Positions 46,798 through 56,973 of a DNA stretch of 64,000 nt are shown here, in pieces. Every line of letters begins with the position of its first letter. Positions within the stretch are counted from its first letter, which is position 1. Source of the DNA: a virus. A model generated the notes under the pieces. It worked only from the letters and a program-made list of their open reading frames with translations, searched no databases and was not told the origin of the DNA. The position numbers and the translations under genes are program-made. The DNA lies in IMG/VR virus record IMGVR_UViG_3300035698_017294, positions 1-64,000 of that record; one strand, written 5' to 3'.

Positions 46798-47707
46798 TGT
46801 CCCACTTTTCTTTCATTTGATCGTAAGTGTGTTTAATCCCACTCTCAAGACTTGTTAAGAATATAGGGAAAGGAGTATTACAAAAAGTATGTAGTTTACT
46901 ATTGCTTATATCTTTACGATGTTGCCCACCGAGCATGCCATTAAACTTTATTTTCAGGTGAGGTTTTCCGCAAGCACGAATTGCTATATTGGCAATTTTC
47001 TTAATACTATAATTCTCTGATGAGCCTACGTTCATATTTTCATTTACGTCCTTAAGTATTACATACTTGATTACTTTCGCTAAATCTCCAGCATACATGA
47101 ATTGACGTAGTGGAGTACCATCTCCCCACAGTTCTATTTCGTCCTCAGCCTCATATATTTTACGAAGGAGGGATGCTACAAAGTGGCTGTTATGGGGTTC
47201 ATACTTATCGTATATACCATACAAGTTTGATGGTATCAAGTAGCTATATTTTTTATTGTATTGCTGACGGTAAGCATCTATTTGTGCCGCCATAGCTCTT
47301 TTGGCCATTGCATACGCAAAGTTACTTTGGGGGGCTGGTCCCTGATACAGCATGTCTTCAGTCATTGGGTACTGTTTCACCTGTTCAGGATAAATACAAC
47401 TGCTCAACATGCCAATGAATCGATCTACTCCATAAGCATGTGCATGCTTAAGTATGAGAGTGTTCATTAAGATGTTATCTTCCAGGTACTTTGTCGGATT
47501 AGATGTGTTATCCTGTATGCCCCCCACTTTGGCCGCTAAGTGTATTACAATTTTCGGTTGGTATAGATAGAACATTTCTTCAACATCCGGTTCAGAAGTC
47601 AAATCATATTCTGCTGAGGATAAATAATTAAAATCTGGCATCACTTCTTGGAGGTATTGACCTACTAAGCCATATCCTCCGGTTATTAAGGTTTTAGTCA
47701 TTAGCAT
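46778..47707 (-). CDS. GDP-L-fucose/colitose synthase (Fcl/ColC-like)
   Basis: TGGYGLVG, HLAAKVGGI, SSCIYP, YAMAKR, PSNLYG, WGDGTPLRQF. Confidence 0.88.
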   Translation of the reverse strand: MLMTKTLITGGYGLVGQYLQEVMPDFNYLSSAEYDLTSEPDVEEMFYLYQPKIVIHLAAKVGGIQDNTSNPTKYLEDNILMNTLILKHAHAYGVDRFIGMLSSCIYPEQVKQYPMTEDMLYQGPAPQSNFAYAMAKRAMAAQIDAYRQQYNKKYSYLIPSNLYGIYDKYEPHNSHFVASLLRKIYEAEDEIELWGDGTPLRQFMYAGDLAKVIKYVILKDVNENMNVGSSENYSIKKIANIAIRACGKPHLKIKFNGMLGGQHRKDISNSKLHTFCNTPFPIFLTSLESGIKHTYDQMKEKWDNDKTNK

Positions 47708-48756
47708 ATTCTTTCTGTAGGCTGTTGTTTAGCAAACTCCAACGTCTTCGCCGATTCATGCTCTAATAAAATATAAAATATTTTACTAATATCAGCAGTC
47801 TTACCACTTAAAACTAAATCGACTAGGCTAATAGATTCAACGGAACTATAATATTTTTTCCTATCATCACATATAGATACCCCTATGACATGTTTCAAGT
47901 TCATTTTAATTGACATAGCCCATTCTGTACTTAGCAGGAATACGTCGTTAAGGGAGCATGCGTTTAACATGAAAGCACCATTTTCACCATTAAGTAATAA
48001 TCCATCACTTAAATAGAAAAGTGCTAAGACTTCATCCTGCGTTAAGGTATCATTTATTTCGTGATAATTGGTGTGCGCAGGAGATATGGTTTGTGGCGGA
48101 AACCCTATATTTACGATATTCATACCCGAATCTAAAATTTTAGTTATTATATTCGGTAAGTTTGGTATTATGTTAAGAGTATTCGTGTTAGGTTGCTTTT
48201 TTGAGAAGTTCCGTGTTATAATTATGTATGTTTTGTTGTCAAAGTATTTGTTATATTTTTCTTTAATCTTGAGAAAGGTTGGATAATAGGGTTTTAAGCT
48301 ATTACCATCTTGAATATAATCTGAGATAAATCTAAAATCTCTACGATAGCAGGATGCGAGATCTTTGTCTCGCACAGAATACCATTCTCGAAATAAAATG
48401 TAATCTCTTATGTTTCGCATAAGAAATTCATTATAAAAGATTACGTTTTCTGGATTTATGCTGCTATAGTTAGTGTTAACATGTGTGATGAATTTTTCCT
48501 TAGTATCAGTTACATTGCGATCCCCAAGGTAATCTAAAATATCTGGAAGGGCTCCCTTTTGACTTTTCATATAATCTGTCGAAAATACTAAAAGCTTATC
48601 GGCTTCGGGAATTACACCTATTACATTCTCTGGTATTGCTACAATTACTTGTATAGGATCGGTGTAGGTTTGTCGCAGTTTATAGATAAAAACATTTAGT
48701 CTAAAAAAAGCATTAAACTCAAATATTGGGGCGTATATTATAAAAGTTTCCACCAC
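47701..48756 (-). CDS. hypothetical protein in the glycan cluster (possible GT-B transferase)
   Basis: AT-rich ORF. Context only. Confidence 0.4.
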   Translation of the reverse strand: MVETFIIYAPIFEFNAFFRLNVFIYKLRQTYTDPIQVIVAIPENVIGVIPEADKLLVFSTDYMKSQKGALPDILDYLGDRNVTDTKEKFITHVNTNYSSINPENVIFYNEFLMRNIRDYILFREWYSVRDKDLASCYRRDFRFISDYIQDGNSLKPYYPTFLKIKEKYNKYFDNKTYIIITRNFSKKQPNTNTLNIIPNLPNIITKILDSGMNIVNIGFPPQTISPAHTNYHEINDTLTQDEVLALFYLSDGLLLNGENGAFMLNACSLNDVFLLSTEWAMSIKMNLKHVIGVSICDDRKKYYSSVESISLVDLVLSGKTADISKIFYILLEHESAKTLEFAKQQPTERIC

Positions 48757-49049
48757 ACCTCCAAGTCTTCAATAGTAAATGCTTTGTCGTCTATAAACAA
48801 ATCGAATGCAGGTTTTCCAAATTTAAGCTCGTGATACTTTACTTTCCAACGCTTGAGTTGGGCTTTAGTAATTTTTGACCAATCTTTTTTAGATTGCGTT
48901 CCACGAGCTGTCCAGTATATAATACGATGGCCTTGATCAAATAACTTATTTATCATTTTTATTTTATCTGCACGAGGCATCGCAAGCGAGTAATCCATGT
49001 GCGGCGATTCCGTACATATTGTGTTATCTATATCGACATAAATTATCAT
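48738..49049 (-). CDS. minimal HAD phosphatase (capsule-biosynthesis type)
   Basis: VDIDNTI, WTARG, GKP..DLFIDDKA. Confidence 0.8.
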   Translation of the reverse strand: MIIYVDIDNTICTESPHMDYSLAMPRADKIKMINKLFDQGHRIIYWTARGTQSKKDWSKITKAQLKRWKVKYHELKFGKPAFDLFIDDKAFTIEDLEVWWKLL

Positions 49050-49897
49050 TATTTTCTTAATCTTTTTCTAGTTTTGATTTCGGCTTCGGTTACCTGTTTA
49101 TCAGGACTCCCCAACATCTTTTCTATATCAGCACATCTTTTATATAGCATATCCATAGCTAATATTTCAAGACTAGCATGTTGATCGGTGCCCCAAAGTT
49201 TTTTAGATAGTGTAATATGCCTTTCAATTACTTTGGCGCCAAGTGATACCGCAAGAACGGTAGGTTCTAAATCTTCTTCGTGCCCTGAGTACCCTATTGT
49301 ACAACCATATCGTTGCCTTAGGGTATCTATCACACGCAAATTAATTTGATCGACAGGGGTCGGATATGCTGAATTACAATGCATAATCACTGGGTTATGC
49401 GTTTTGGAAATAATTAAATTAACAGCTGAATCTATCTCTTCTAATGTTGACATTCCCGTCGAGATTAGAAGTGGTATATTAGTAGAGCACAAACGACGAA
49501 TTAATTCTAAATCAGTAACTAGTGCTGAAGGTATTTTAATGAAAGGTGGGTTAAATTGTGTAATGAACTCTAAACTTGGAATATCCCATACTGATGCTGT
49601 CCAGTCAATTGGTTTTTGTTTGCAATAGGAATTTATGTCAGAATAATTTTTTGCAGTTAGTTCAACTTTATATCTATAGTCTAAATACGATATTCGCCCC
49701 CAAGGAGTATCACGCATTATATTTTTTTGATGTTCTGGAACACATGTAGCTGGGTCACGTTTTTGAAATTTGGCACAATCCCAGTTACACGCAAAAACTG
49801 CATCTAGCAATTTCTTAACAATGCTCATATCCCCGTTATGGTTAATTCCTATTTCGCCAACAAAGTAAGGTTTTTCTAGGGCGTTAAAATCTACCAT
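49049..49897 (-). CDS. NeuB-family ulosonic acid (phosphate) synthase, no SAF domain
   Basis: EIGINHNGD, KFQKR, KIPSA, ISTGMST, HCNSAYP, GYSGHE, IERHITL. Start MVDF at 49897. Confidence 0.88.
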   Translation of the reverse strand: MVDFNALEKPYFVGEIGINHNGDMSIVKKLLDAVFACNWDCAKFQKRDPATCVPEHQKNIMRDTPWGRISYLDYRYKVELTAKNYSDINSYCKQKPIDWTASVWDIPSLEFITQFNPPFIKIPSALVTDLELIRRLCSTNIPLLISTGMSTLEEIDSAVNLIISKTHNPVIMHCNSAYPTPVDQINLRVIDTLRQRYGCTIGYSGHEEDLEPTVLAVSLGAKVIERHITLSKKLWGTDQHASLEILAMDMLYKRCADIEKMLGSPDKQVTEAEIKTRKRLRK

Positions 49898-50571
49898 GCT
49901 GTCCATCCCCCATCTACTACTATATTTGATCCAGTCATATAGGAACAGTTTTTTGAGCACATGTAGTTTAAAAGTTCATTTAATTCGTTATTTGCCATCA
50001 TTCGCTTTAAAGGAGTATGTTCAGCATATTTATCTTTAAAATCCTTGCTTTGCTCAAATAGTACGCCCCCCGGGCTTACACAATTAACTAGGAATTGTGG
50101 AGAGAGGTGTGTAGCGAGATGTTTTGTAAGTTGTATAACTCCTGCCTTAGAAACACTATACCCGATATGTTTTTCGCCTGCTTCATATAGATCAGGCCTA
50201 GGTGAGACTAAACCATATGTAGAAGATACATTAACTATATGCCCAATTTTATTGTTAGCGGCGAAAGCTCTACAAACAGAAAATAGTGCTACTAGATTTA
50301 TGTCAAGGTAATCTTTAAAAGAGCTAAGAGAGATATCGAACAGAGTTTGGCATTTTCCGGAGTTATCGACGTGATCATTCAAAGCGAACATGTTTATTAA
50401 ATAGTTAGCTTTATTATGAGTGAAGAAATGATTAACTTCTTTTTCGTTTGTTAGGTCGTTACCCAGTTTAGTGTCACATCTAATAACTTGTGTTTCTTTT
50501 TGCTCCTCAAGAAATGCACTTATGCTTGATCCAATTAATCCTTCTGAGCCGGTAACTATTATAGTTCTCAT
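49891..50571 (-). CDS. SDR oxidoreductase
   Basis: TGSEGLIG, SSTYG, YSVSKAG, VNCVSPGG, VDGG. Confidence 0.85.
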   Translation of the reverse strand: MRTIIVTGSEGLIGSSISAFLEEQKETQVIRCDTKLGNDLTNEKEVNHFFTHNKANYLINMFALNDHVDNSGKCQTLFDISLSSFKDYLDINLVALFSVCRAFAANNKIGHIVNVSSTYGLVSPRPDLYEAGEKHIGYSVSKAGVIQLTKHLATHLSPQFLVNCVSPGGVLFEQSKDFKDKYAEHTPLKRMMANNELNELLNYMCSKNCSYMTGSNIVVDGGWTAW

Positions 50572-51761
50572 TTGAAAAGTTCTCTTATTGCTTTTTCCAA
50601 TATTTCAGCCTGCTTATCGGCTTCTGACTTATTATAGTTTGTTTGGAAAACCATTAGATTTTTTTGGAGTGACTCTGCAATTGGGCATAGCCCAGGTTTG
50701 TATGAAATATTACCGTATATCTCAGGTAATCTTTTTCTAAACTCTCCTGTTTGCATTAATGGCTCCAGGTAAGGCACGCTCCAAGCACTGTAAAATGCTT
50801 CTCCACCCAGTTCTACAACTTTAGTTTGAAACTCTTTCCAACTTACTCCGTGTGTACTGCCGTTAAATCGGGCAGCAACTGACCAGTAGGAATGGATTGC
50901 ATTAGAAGAAATAGTTTGTAATCCAAATATACCTTGCCCAGTGTTAAGTGCACGGGAAATAATTTCGCCAGCGTAATACCTTTTTTGGACTAAATCTTCT
51001 AATTGCTCTAGTTGCCCCAGGGCCACAGCTGAACATAACTCTGATAATCTGTAATTCCAGCCTAGTGAATCATGTCTTTTGTATAAAGGATCCTTAAAAA
51101 CTATTGGGTCAAGCTTGACTTTTCCTTCATCTGCTTTTAAAGCTTTAAAACCGTGGCCTCCTAATTTTCGCGCTTTAACTGCTAAGTCTGCATTATCGGT
51201 GATTAATATTCCCCCTTCCCCGCAGGACAGATGCTTTGAAGTTTCGAAACTGAAACTTGACATATCGCCGTGTTCCCCAACTATTTTATTATTATAAACT
51301 CCTAAAAAGCATTCTGCATTATCCTCGATTACGGGAATACCATGCCGTTTTGATATTTCCATAATGGCTTTCATGTCGCAAGGTACTCCGTAGACACTTA
51401 CAGTCATAATGGCTTTAGTTTTTTTGGTTATTTTATTTTTTATACTTTCAGGATCTATAGTAAAAGTATAGGGAGACACATCAGCGTAGACTGGAATAGC
51501 GTTAGCGTGTAAAGTGGCTGCTGTATTCATTATCACAGTAAGTGCTGGGGAGATAACCTCATCTCCCGCTCGAACACCCACAGCTTCTAAAGCTGCGTGT
51601 AGGGTTGATGTGCCAGAATTAAAGGCTATTCCGTATTTTTTGTTGAACTTATTAGCGAAAGCTTTTTCAAGCGTAGTAGTGAAATCACCTTGTGTAGCAC
51701 TATGTTTATCCTCAAACAAAACCTGCGCAAGGTATTTTAGTTCGTTTCCATCATATTTCAT
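50568..51761 (-). CDS. DegT/DnrJ PLP sugar aminotransferase
   Basis: NSGTSTL, IEDNAE, FSFETSKH (Lys retained), GEGG, GWNYR. Confidence 0.88.
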   Translation of the reverse strand: MKYDGNELKYLAQVLFEDKHSATQGDFTTTLEKAFANKFNKKYGIAFNSGTSTLHAALEAVGVRAGDEVISPALTVIMNTAATLHANAIPVYADVSPYTFTIDPESIKNKITKKTKAIMTVSVYGVPCDMKAIMEISKRHGIPVIEDNAECFLGVYNNKIVGEHGDMSSFSFETSKHLSCGEGGILITDNADLAVKARKLGGHGFKALKADEGKVKLDPIVFKDPLYKRHDSLGWNYRLSELCSAVALGQLEQLEDLVQKRYYAGEIISRALNTGQGIFGLQTISSNAIHSYWSVAARFNGSTHGVSWKEFQTKVVELGGEAFYSAWSVPYLEPLMQTGEFRKRLPEIYGNISYKPGLCPIAESLQKNLMVFQTNYNKSEADKQAEILEKAIRELFK

Positions 51762-52521
51762 GTTTTATCTTAAAGTTTGTTGTTTTTAATTGGTTTTGCC
51801 GCCACTCAGCATGTCTAAACATATTGGTGTTTTTCAAGTGCTTATTAGCATTTATGTACTCCAATATTTCTTTTAACGTGCATTCCTTTTGTAGTACAAA
51901 ACTGTGGCCTAGCCCTGTTATGAGATGTTTGAAAAAGTCTAAATCCTCTTTGTAATCTAAAGTTAATCGAATTGTGTTATCCTTATACCCATCAGGTACG
52001 GATTTTAATTGGCTTATATCGATATTTGGTATTTTGGTAAAATAAGGTTCTATCATTTCAGTATCATCTGTATCTTTTATATCACAAACGTGTTGTAACG
52101 CTTTGCGGCTTATCCCATAAGTAAACCCACCGCATACGATACTGGGGCTATAAATAAAATCGTTACCTAAATGCTCGTGTTGGGAAAATGCTAAATCTGC
52201 CAGATGTGGATCACACAATAAATCGTCTCCGTCAGCCGTTACGAAAAAGTTTATATTAAAAGCTTTGCATGCGCTATTCCAGCGAATAAGTTTATCAGTT
52301 TTACTTCCTCTAAAATATTGTATATCGTGCTTAATTGCTAATTCGCATAGTTTGTCGTCTTCGGAATTTTCTGTTGTACACAATATTATTTTGCCAGCCA
52401 AAAGACTATGCTTCATTCTCAGTATCACGTAGACGATTGTGGGAATTCCACATATAGTTAAAAGTGCCTTATTTGGTAATCGCTTTGAGCCTGTTCTGAC
52501 TGTAATAAAAATTGCATTCAT
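51751..52521 (-). CDS. cytidylyltransferase (SpsF/KdsB-like)
   Basis: VRTGSKRLPNK, FRGS..D, DGDD, RLTLDY.ED. Confidence 0.85.
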   Translation of the reverse strand: MNAIFITVRTGSKRLPNKALLTICGIPTIVYVILRMKHSLLAGKIILCTTENSEDDKLCELAIKHDIQYFRGSKTDKLIRWNSACKAFNINFFVTADGDDLLCDPHLADLAFSQHEHLGNDFIYSPSIVCGGFTYGISRKALQHVCDIKDTDDTEMIEPYFTKIPNIDISQLKSVPDGYKDNTIRLTLDYKEDLDFFKHLITGLGHSFVLQKECTLKEILEYINANKHLKNTNMFRHAEWRQNQLKTTNFKIKHEI

Positions 52522-53939
52522 ACTTGCCTAAATCCTCTAAAATCGCTATTATGTTCTAAATATAAAAGTCTCGATTGTTCCCTACTAATGTTCAATTTTT
52601 TAGAGTAGTAGTTATTAATTAAGATCTGATTTGCTTCGAATAGGGCTTTATGAAATCCATCGTCAGTTAAATTGGTAAAATTTATAGTTAGCAAATCTGA
52701 ATTTAAATGTTTAGTTTCGTAGAAATCTTGTACTGGATTATCTTTAGATAATAATCCTTGGTCTACGGCGTAGTTAAATAAGGGAGTACCAGGATAAGGT
52801 GTGACAGGCCTAATAGTACGCAATTCGGCACAATTATCGTACTTTAATAGGAAGTCGACTCCCTTTCTCAAGGTATCACAGGTTTCTCCAAGATTCCCCC
52901 ATATTATATTAAACCCGATGTGGATATTTTCTTTTTGTGTAGCTTCGATACCTTTTATTATGGTTGAAACTGTTAGTGATTTATTCATTAATTCTAATGC
53001 ATTATCATCCATAGATTCTATGCCGTAATTAATGTATATGCATCCTGCTTTTTTCATCAACGCTAAGATTTTACTATTCGCATAATTTAGTCTTCCGTTG
53101 CATTCCCAAGTAAACTTTCTATACTTTTCTTGGTATCTTATAAAACTCTCGCAAAGTGAAGTTATTCGTTTTTCCCCCAACATTAACAGTTCATCTGAAA
53201 ATACAAAATAGTTGATATCATGTAAGTTTTGTAAGTAACTTATTTCGTGTATAATGCTTTCTGCACTTCTACTTCTATGCCCTTTATCCATTCTATAGCA
53301 AAAGTTACAACGAAATGGGCATCCTCGTCCAGATAGTATTGGCATAGAGAAGTCAGTAGCTTTAATCCAAGGCGTGCGTATTAATTTGTAATGGTTTATG
53401 GGGAATGAATCGTAGGCAGGCATTGGTAATTTATCAATATTTTTAATCTGGTCTCTTGCTGAATTTATTCTTATCTCGTTATTTTCTTGATAAGCTATGC
53501 CAGGAATATTGGTAAAATTTGTATTACTTTTAAAGGCTTGCACTACTTCTTTAATCGTTTCTTCTCCCTCCCCCATAACAACAAGGTCGGCATTAGTTTT
53601 ATTTAAGAAATATTTGGGATCAGGTGAGGGCCCGTGTCCGCCCAATAGGAATAAAGCTGGTCTGTTTTTTGAGTGGTTAATAGCATTCGAGAGCCCGATT
53701 AATTTTTTAAATTGCCAATAACCTGCTATAACCCCTATTCCTATTAAATCGAAAGGTTCTTCTGTATCCAGATAATTGGTTAAGGCACTATCGGGGCTAT
53801 GATTTATATCTTGATGATAAAATGATAAATCACAGTCTTGTCGTAACACACTTGCTAGTGCTGCGATTCCTTGCGGAAACCAACTTATATGTGATTCATT
53901 GTCGTAAATAACAAAAAGAAAACGTGGGTTATTTTTCAT
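52518..53939 (-). CDS. cobalamin-binding radical SAM enzyme
   Basis: GGHGPS, GEGE, SGRGCPFRCNFC, GIES, PYPGT. Confidence 0.9.
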   Translation of the reverse strand: MKNNPRFLFVIYDNESHISWFPQGIAALASVLRQDCDLSFYHQDINHSPDSALTNYLDTEEPFDLIGIGVIAGYWQFKKLIGLSNAINHSKNRPALFLLGGHGPSPDPKYFLNKTNADLVVMGEGEETIKEVVQAFKSNTNFTNIPGIAYQENNEIRINSARDQIKNIDKLPMPAYDSFPINHYKLIRTPWIKATDFSMPILSGRGCPFRCNFCYRMDKGHRSRSAESIIHEISYLQNLHDINYFVFSDELLMLGEKRITSLCESFIRYQEKYRKFTWECNGRLNYANSKILALMKKAGCIYINYGIESMDDNALELMNKSLTVSTIIKGIEATQKENIHIGFNIIWGNLGETCDTLRKGVDFLLKYDNCAELRTIRPVTPYPGTPLFNYAVDQGLLSKDNPVQDFYETKHLNSDLLTINFTNLTDDGFHKALFEANQILINNYYSKKLNISREQSRLLYLEHNSDFRGFRQV

Positions 53940-54726
53940 GTAAGCTACCTAACTCAAAACTACTATACCATGGGTCCTTTGTGGTATTTATTATTTGAAT
54001 ATTTAAGTTTTGTGCTGATCCTTGCAAAATGTCAAAGTCCTTTTTAACTCGCGGTCTGGCGTTATCCAATCCTCCTACGTCAGGTGATCCTTGTTTATTA
54101 GTAATAATAGTTCCCGGTTTTAAAGCTTTTGCGTATAGGTCTCCACCTCGTGTGTAACTCATATCCATGCCTAAAAGGTAAATTGGATTACATCCCATAA
54201 TAATAGCTGCCGCTATCATATGTAGTGAAACTGAGTCACCGCTACTATAATGTTCTGGGTAATTTGATAATTTTTGGACTTGCTCTTGTATACATAATTG
54301 GTTCTTGTCAATTCGACTACAACAGGATATTCCATTTTTATAGATTTGTCTAGAGCCGTGCGCTGGGCAAGGTTGAGTATTGAAATGTCTTTGATCATAT
54401 CCTAGAAAATCACAAGATAGGTTAGCGTCTATAAAGGAATAGGGAGTTAAATCTATATTGCGAGCATATAAGACGGTAGCGCCTACCTCATTCATTTTTC
54501 TGTGATGCACGGTTATCGACTCCGAACCGCTAGCTAATACCCAATAGTTTGGCTTTGTTTCTATATGCGTGAACCAATCGTTACATGAAAATTGAAGTGA
54601 CGCAGGGTTTTCTTCCATGTAGGTATAAGCTTTCTCTAACTCGTTATTTAAACTGGGACCGTGGCCCATAATCAGAGCTGTTATATTTTTGTGCTTATCT
54701 ACTATATCGTTTAAGTGTAATTTCAT
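53929..54726 (-). CDS. Maf/DUF115-like ulosonate (sialyl-type) transferase
   Basis: IMGHGPSL, FSCN, MGCNPIYLLGMD. Confidence 0.6.
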   Translation of the reverse strand: MKLHLNDIVDKHKNITALIMGHGPSLNNELEKAYTYMEENPASLQFSCNDWFTHIETKPNYWVLASGSESITVHHRKMNEVGATVLYARNIDLTPYSFIDANLSCDFLGYDQRHFNTQPCPAHGSRQIYKNGISCCSRIDKNQLCIQEQVQKLSNYPEHYSSGDSVSLHMIAAAIIMGCNPIYLLGMDMSYTRGGDLYAKALKPGTIITNKQGSPDVGGLDNARPRVKKDFDILQGSAQNLNIQIINTTKDPWYSSFELGSLHEK

Positions 54727-55556
54727 AGCACGCCTTTTAGTATGTTTTCATACATCCAATCCTCTGTAATTGCGTATTGCTGAAAGCTTTGAAAATTGGA
54801 TTTTACAGCTTTGGCTCTTCTATCATAATCTTCATCTGCCAAAGAGGTCAATATTGATTCTAATTCTTTTAAATTAGTAAAATGTAATATACCTTCGGGG
54901 TCAAAGAAGTCTTTTATATTGGGGCATCCCCAATATATAGGTATGGTACCGACAGCAAAGCAATCTAGTAATTTTTCTGTAAAGTAATTTTCAGCTTTGC
55001 AGTTTTCTGTGACCACGGAGAATCGGTATTTTTTTAAACCTTCTTCTTTCCGGCTTAGTCGCACTCCGGTTCCTGTTCCATACAAATCTATAAGGTGTTT
55101 AAAGCGCAAAGCCGCAGCATGGCGAAATTGGTGTCCTAGAGTAGATTTTTTAGTGGAGTAAATCATAGAAACGCTTTTGGTTTTTTGATGAATTTGGTAC
55201 TGTGTTTCCGGTATCCAGCAACCTCCGAATGGAATAAATTTGGTTTTATTGGGGAATTGTGCTAGTAGCTTACTATCGTGAGTCATTGTAAAATCTAATA
55301 GATCTTTGTAGTTTTCAAAGCTTTCATAGCGCGCAGTAGCGTCCATTAATGTATTTTGTCGATTCTCAAGTAACCAGCCTATTTTTATTTTGGAGTTTAC
55401 AGCCTTTATTAAATCTTGGCGAAGATTACGATCGGTAAAAATAGTAATACCATTCCAGTTAAGCTGATCCCGAATATATTCTATTTTGTTAGAATCTTTA
55501 TCGTGTACTGATATTTTAAGATGTCGGAATTCATCATCGAATAAGTTTAATTTCAC
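54723..55556 (-). CDS. GT10-like fucosyltransferase
   Basis: YRFSVVTEN...NYFTEKL.DCF..GTIPIYWG. Confidence 0.8.
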   Translation of the reverse strand: MKLNLFDDEFRHLKISVHDKDSNKIEYIRDQLNWNGITIFTDRNLRQDLIKAVNSKIKIGWLLENRQNTLMDATARYESFENYKDLLDFTMTHDSKLLAQFPNKTKFIPFGGCWIPETQYQIHQKTKSVSMIYSTKKSTLGHQFRHAAALRFKHLIDLYGTGTGVRLSRKEEGLKKYRFSVVTENCKAENYFTEKLLDCFAVGTIPIYWGCPNIKDFFDPEGILHFTNLKELESILTSLADEDYDRRAKAVKSNFQSFQQYAITEDWMYENILKGVL

Positions 55557-56299
55557 ATTTTAATCCAATCTAACGGTAGCAAATCTGATAAATCATAGTT
55601 ACACTTTTTAATACCAAGCCACAACTTAGGTGCTACTACCTGTTTATTTGGGTTCACTCCAAGCCATGCACTCCACCAACTAAAACTACTATTGGCAATT
55701 ATGTGATTATCGCATAATGACTGCACGGCCATATCCACATATTGATTATTACCTTCGATAAATATGGAACGACTGTCTGCTAAATTTTCTTTACACCAAT
55801 TTATATCGTCTGATGTTATTATAAAATTACTATCTGGGAATTTATCTTTTGCTTGAGTATAATACTCTGTGCTACAAATTGGAAAACTTTCTGGTTTTGT
55901 TAAGTAGTCGCCTCTACGTACATGAAGGCTTGTATTGATACCAGCGGGTAAAAGTTTTTTTGCTTTATTTAAGATAAATGGTCTAAAAGTAAAATCTTTT
56001 CGTATTACATCTTCTATAGCTTTAAAGTATTTCTCTGATTGGAAATAGCCATATAGATCGCAGTTATCTGGGCAGTTAAAGAGATCGGACCAGTAATGAA
56101 AATGAAGTTCTTGTACAATAGAAGCATCTGGCACTATCCCAGCTATAGCATCTAATAGAAAACATTTAAACAAATGGTGTCCGCTAAGCGGTAAGCACAT
56201 TTCATAATTATTCTTTAGTGCAACAGCTTTAAGTGCTGCGTACTGGAACATTTGGTTTCCTAAATGTCCGTACGAGCCTAATTTAGAAAAGGTAATCAT
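55553..56299 (-). CDS. GT11 alpha-1,2-fucosyl/colitosyltransferase
   Basis: GHLGNQMFQYA, GYFQSEKYF, HVRRGDY, SDD..WC, NSSFSWW. Confidence 0.9.
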   Translation of the reverse strand: MITFSKLGSYGHLGNQMFQYAALKAVALKNNYEMCLPLSGHHLFKCFLLDAIAGIVPDASIVQELHFHYWSDLFNCPDNCDLYGYFQSEKYFKAIEDVIRKDFTFRPFILNKAKKLLPAGINTSLHVRRGDYLTKPESFPICSTEYYTQAKDKFPDSNFIITSDDINWCKENLADSRSIFIEGNNQYVDMAVQSLCDNHIIANSSFSWWSAWLGVNPNKQVVAPKLWLGIKKCNYDLSDLLPLDWIKM

Positions 56300-56973
56300 T
56301 TAAAAATCTCCATTGCGCTTACTTCTTCCCCGATAAAGTTAACCGCTTTATCGTGGTATTGTGCTATAGCTTTGGCTCCAACATGCCCAATATGCTCTAC
56401 TATAGAGGGTAAGGTACAAATTAAATTACCTCCATATTTTTTAACATCTGTAGTTAAAGCCCAATCCCACTCTTCTCCTATTTTAAAAGGATGCTTCTCA
56501 AAATAGTCCATAGCGATTAATAAATTAGCTCCGCCTATTGATGTTTTAGTACAATAATGTCCATGATCGTCTATTAAATCATGCTGGTTAGTTCGTGTAT
56601 CAAAACCAGTAATAACTGGCTGTTGGGTTTCCTGGTATAATTTAACAAGAGCCGTTATCCAATCTTTTGAATACAGCATATCTGCGTCGGTAACTAAAAA
56701 GTATGGAACCTTTTCTACAAGCTTGCGTATTCTAATGTCTTGCGCTATGCGCATTACCTTGCACAATGGAATTCCTATATGCCTATGTACTTGATAGGTC
56801 CATTTATACTCTAAAGCTACACTTCGTAATTGCGCTTGTAAATTTTCGTTAGACCCGTCATCCATAATAATGACTTCGATATCTTCCGGGGTACTAGAAT
56901 TAAAGAGGCTAGTTAAACTACGCAATGTAATGTCATCACGGTTATAAGTGCTTATATATAATGGTATTTTCAT
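56296..56973 (-). CDS. GT2/GT-A glycosyltransferase
   Basis: STYNR, MDDGS, TDAD, EHIG. Confidence 0.8.
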   Translation of the reverse strand: MKIPLYISTYNRDDITLRSLTSLFNSSTPEDIEVIIMDDGSNENLQAQLRSVALEYKWTYQVHRHIGIPLCKVMRIAQDIRIRKLVEKVPYFLVTDADMLYSKDWITALVKLYQETQQPVITGFDTRTNQHDLIDDHGHYCTKTSIGGANLLIAMDYFEKHPFKIGEEWDWALTTDVKKYGGNLICTLPSIVEHIGHVGAKAIAQYHDKAVNFIGEEVSAMEIFK

